DNA of 64,000 nucleotides from Podarcis erhardii (taxonomy: Eukaryota), in assembly GCA_964252035.1 (NCBI GenBank), contig OZ176200.1; one strand, 5' to 3'. This document shows, in pieces, positions 61,597 to 64,000 of this stretch. The translations under genes were made by a program, and so were the position numbers. The notes below the pieces were generated by a model, which saw only the letters and a program-made list of their open reading frames with translations, had not been told where the DNA came from and did no database searches. Numbering within the stretch: the stretch's first letter is position 1; every line of letters begins with the position of its first letter.

Positions 61597-62802
61597 CTGG
61601 AAAAGGGAGCCATGTTGAAGCCAAGCTCATAGGCAGCCAACCCAGTAATGACAGGAATGCTACTACTTTGAAAAACAACAGTCCTACTTCTAGAGCGGAA
61701 GTCTTGCCACGTGGTGGGGAATAGGTCAAGAGTCAAGAGGGTGGCATCCAATTGTGGCAACAGCCATTCCGTTAACTAACTGTTGGCTTGGGCCAAGGGA
61801 AATCTCGTGCAATTTTTGCCTACCATACACTGATTTGTACTATCATGCTACGTCCCCTTGCGTTAACAATAGCTAACAATGCTTCTTGAATTAACGTTAT
61901 ACCTGTATATATTGAATCTCACTCGGAGCTGATAGCCGTCAATACAAATCAACCAAGGTACTTGAAGTTAAAACCAAACAGTCTGGGGCTCTTTGGGAAG
62001 CAAAGTATCAAACCCTGCCTGCAGGATGGTGCTTTGAAAGCGTCCAGGCTGGAGGAGGAGGGTGCAGGAACCCCCCCCCCCAACTGAGGTAAAGTCCTTA
62101 AAAATGACCAGTGCCATATCTGGTACTAAACTTCAGTGACAGTGGGGGCATACTAGCATCCATCAAGCATGGCTCTCATCCTTGCCACTCCCAGTTATTA
62201 TCACATTTTTACATGCTAATAACTTCCATTTTCAGCAGTGGCTAAGGTGGATAAGGTATTATTTCAGCGGCAGAGATTGCGGGGATGCAGCAGACACCAG
62301 GTCAATTTTGTTTATAGGCTTGTTTGAAAAATGGAAGGCAGGTGCTTTGTTTGCTTCCTGGTTTTCTTCTTTTCTTTTGTATAAGGACAGTATCTACTCT
62401 TACGCTACGTGAACAACAAGAAACGACAATAGTCTACTGTAGATAAACTACTATTCAGGTAAGTACAGCAATTTGTTTGAGACTTTTTTTTAAAAAAAGG
62501 GGGGAATCAATCTATTTTCATTGAAAGCAGTGAAAAAACATGCACATTTAAAACAGAAACTTGCAACAGAAAACATCTGTCTTCTACCACGTTACAAAAC
62601 AGCTATCTGAAAATGGGAAAGCCTTACAGTTACAGTTAGCAAGCACTATTTTTAAGTAACTGAGGAAGGACACATGAAGCAAGATGGTAAGTGATTTAGC
62701 CTGAAGGGTTAGCTCAAAACCAATTCCCTGCTCACCCTCACTGACCCATCATCTTCCTTCAGTTCTGCCTTTCCAAGCAAATTCCTGGGTCTACCTACAG
62801 TA

Positions 62803-62833
<31 letters not shown>

Positions 62834-63025
62834 ATGTATATATGATAGATAGCCCTTTGCTTACTGCTATAGTAGAATAAAGAACAATCCCTCTCACTTG
62901 AACATCCAAAATATTTCCCAGGAGCCAAAGTGAACATGAGAACAGTACTACTGGATTAAGCCAGCGACCCATCTAAGTCCAGCATCCTGTTCTCACAGTG
63001 GCCAACCATAGGCAAAGGAGCTTAC

Positions 63026-63190
63026 CTGAGGGATATGGCCATCTTGACCTAGGAGGCGCATTTCGTTTTCGACCCGGTGCAACCAATTAGTGTTGTCCTC
63101 TAAGCGTTTAGTCTCTTCCGCTTCCCTCTGCTCTATTTGCAAGCGCCGGGTTTTAAGTAACGCAAGCCGGTGGTCGTGCTTGTCAGTTGC
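63026..63190 (-). CDS. KIF18A: KIF18A internal coding exon (165 nt, phase 0-0), [16 protein letters not shown]...[10 protein letters not shown]
   Basis: Acceptor tttgttttgttacag| and donor CAG|gtaagc. The translation matches recalled human KIF18A ATGKRDHRLAMLKTRR...[15 protein letters not shown]. Confidence 0.95.
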
Positions 63191-64000
63191 CTGTAACAAA
63201 ACAAACCTAAGTTTCAAACTAAAGAACAGAACTGGATACTATGGTGAACTACATACTACCAAAGCAACAGCCCAGCATCTCATGATGCAATATTATTCAG
63301 TTTCCTCAACTGTGCTGGAGTTCACAGGCTGTTGTCGTCAGCGAAGCCCAGTGTAATGCCATCTGTTTTAATTTTTGTGTGGTTTTAATTGTATTATATT
63401 TGTTGTAAACCACTTGTGAAAGCGTGGCATGCAAATATTTTTATCAAAAAATAAATACACACATATTTTTTAAAAAACTTAAGATTTTACCTGCGGGAAA
63501 GCTGACTGCTGTTGCAAGCTGTTCCCTCTCTGTATCAGCTAGTTCAGCCCACACTCTCCCAAATCATAAGTAACAGAGTTGGTCCAAATAATTCATTTAG
63601 GGTTTTTTTGCCTGAACCCAAAAGGAGTGGGGTGGGTGCTTGAATGTTCTGCATGTGAACCCAATATTTTTTCCCCAGTGTGATTTCTGAAGAATGCGGC
63701 CTCCAAATGCTCTTTGAACTCCCGAATTTAAGACATGGTTTTGACTATTAAGAGCAAGAAAGAAAAAGAAAAGAAAAAGCTGCCAGTATATGTACTCTGC
63801 ATTTCAGCGTTTAAAATATTTCCTGCTTCGTTCAACAGAAGAAATTTATATCACCTTCCATTTCAGACAGCTATCACTATGCTCAATTGAAAGCAGATGT
63901 CTGAGAAAACCTAACACACAAAATTATTTTGCAACAGAATTTCAAAGATTGTCACTTACGGTTAACTGCTATGTGAGGGAAGTTTTATACATTTAAGTAT

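Noticed and set aside
63960-64000. Further KIF18A exon suggested by a gtaagt donor at 63959 on the minus strand
   Set aside because: The required phase-0 frame has stops and lacks the expected ...EDKVEK sequence. The upstream exon must lie outside the window.

Overview
Vertebrate genomic DNA, most likely from a squamate (lacertid-type lizard), inferred from Sauria SINE, BovB, CR1, L2, L1 and lizard-type MITEs. No prokaryotic features are present. The one recognisable host gene is the 3' half of KIF18A (kinesin-8) on the minus strand. Seven GT-AG exons (63026-63190, 61475-61596, 59803-60041, 46475-46952, 44459-44536, 43164-43273, 40239-40354) join in phase into 1308 nt, i.e. 435 aa plus stop; the motor-domain exons lie beyond the right edge. 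Positions 1-40 kb are intergenic (towards BDNF if human/mouse synteny holds) and rich in transposable elements (TEs), with several unique enhancer-like islands. Notable structures are a full-length 3217-bp BovB with a 10-bp target-site duplication (TSD) inside a KIF18A intron, a four-layer nested TE stack at 31.4-33.3 kb, and a hAT MITE carrying TTAGGG repeats. Weak hints of an antisense spliced transcript overlap KIF18A. Most ORFs in the supplied track are TE fragments or chance ORFs. All family and gene calls come from recall and hand translation, not database searches. I found no convincing new biological system.
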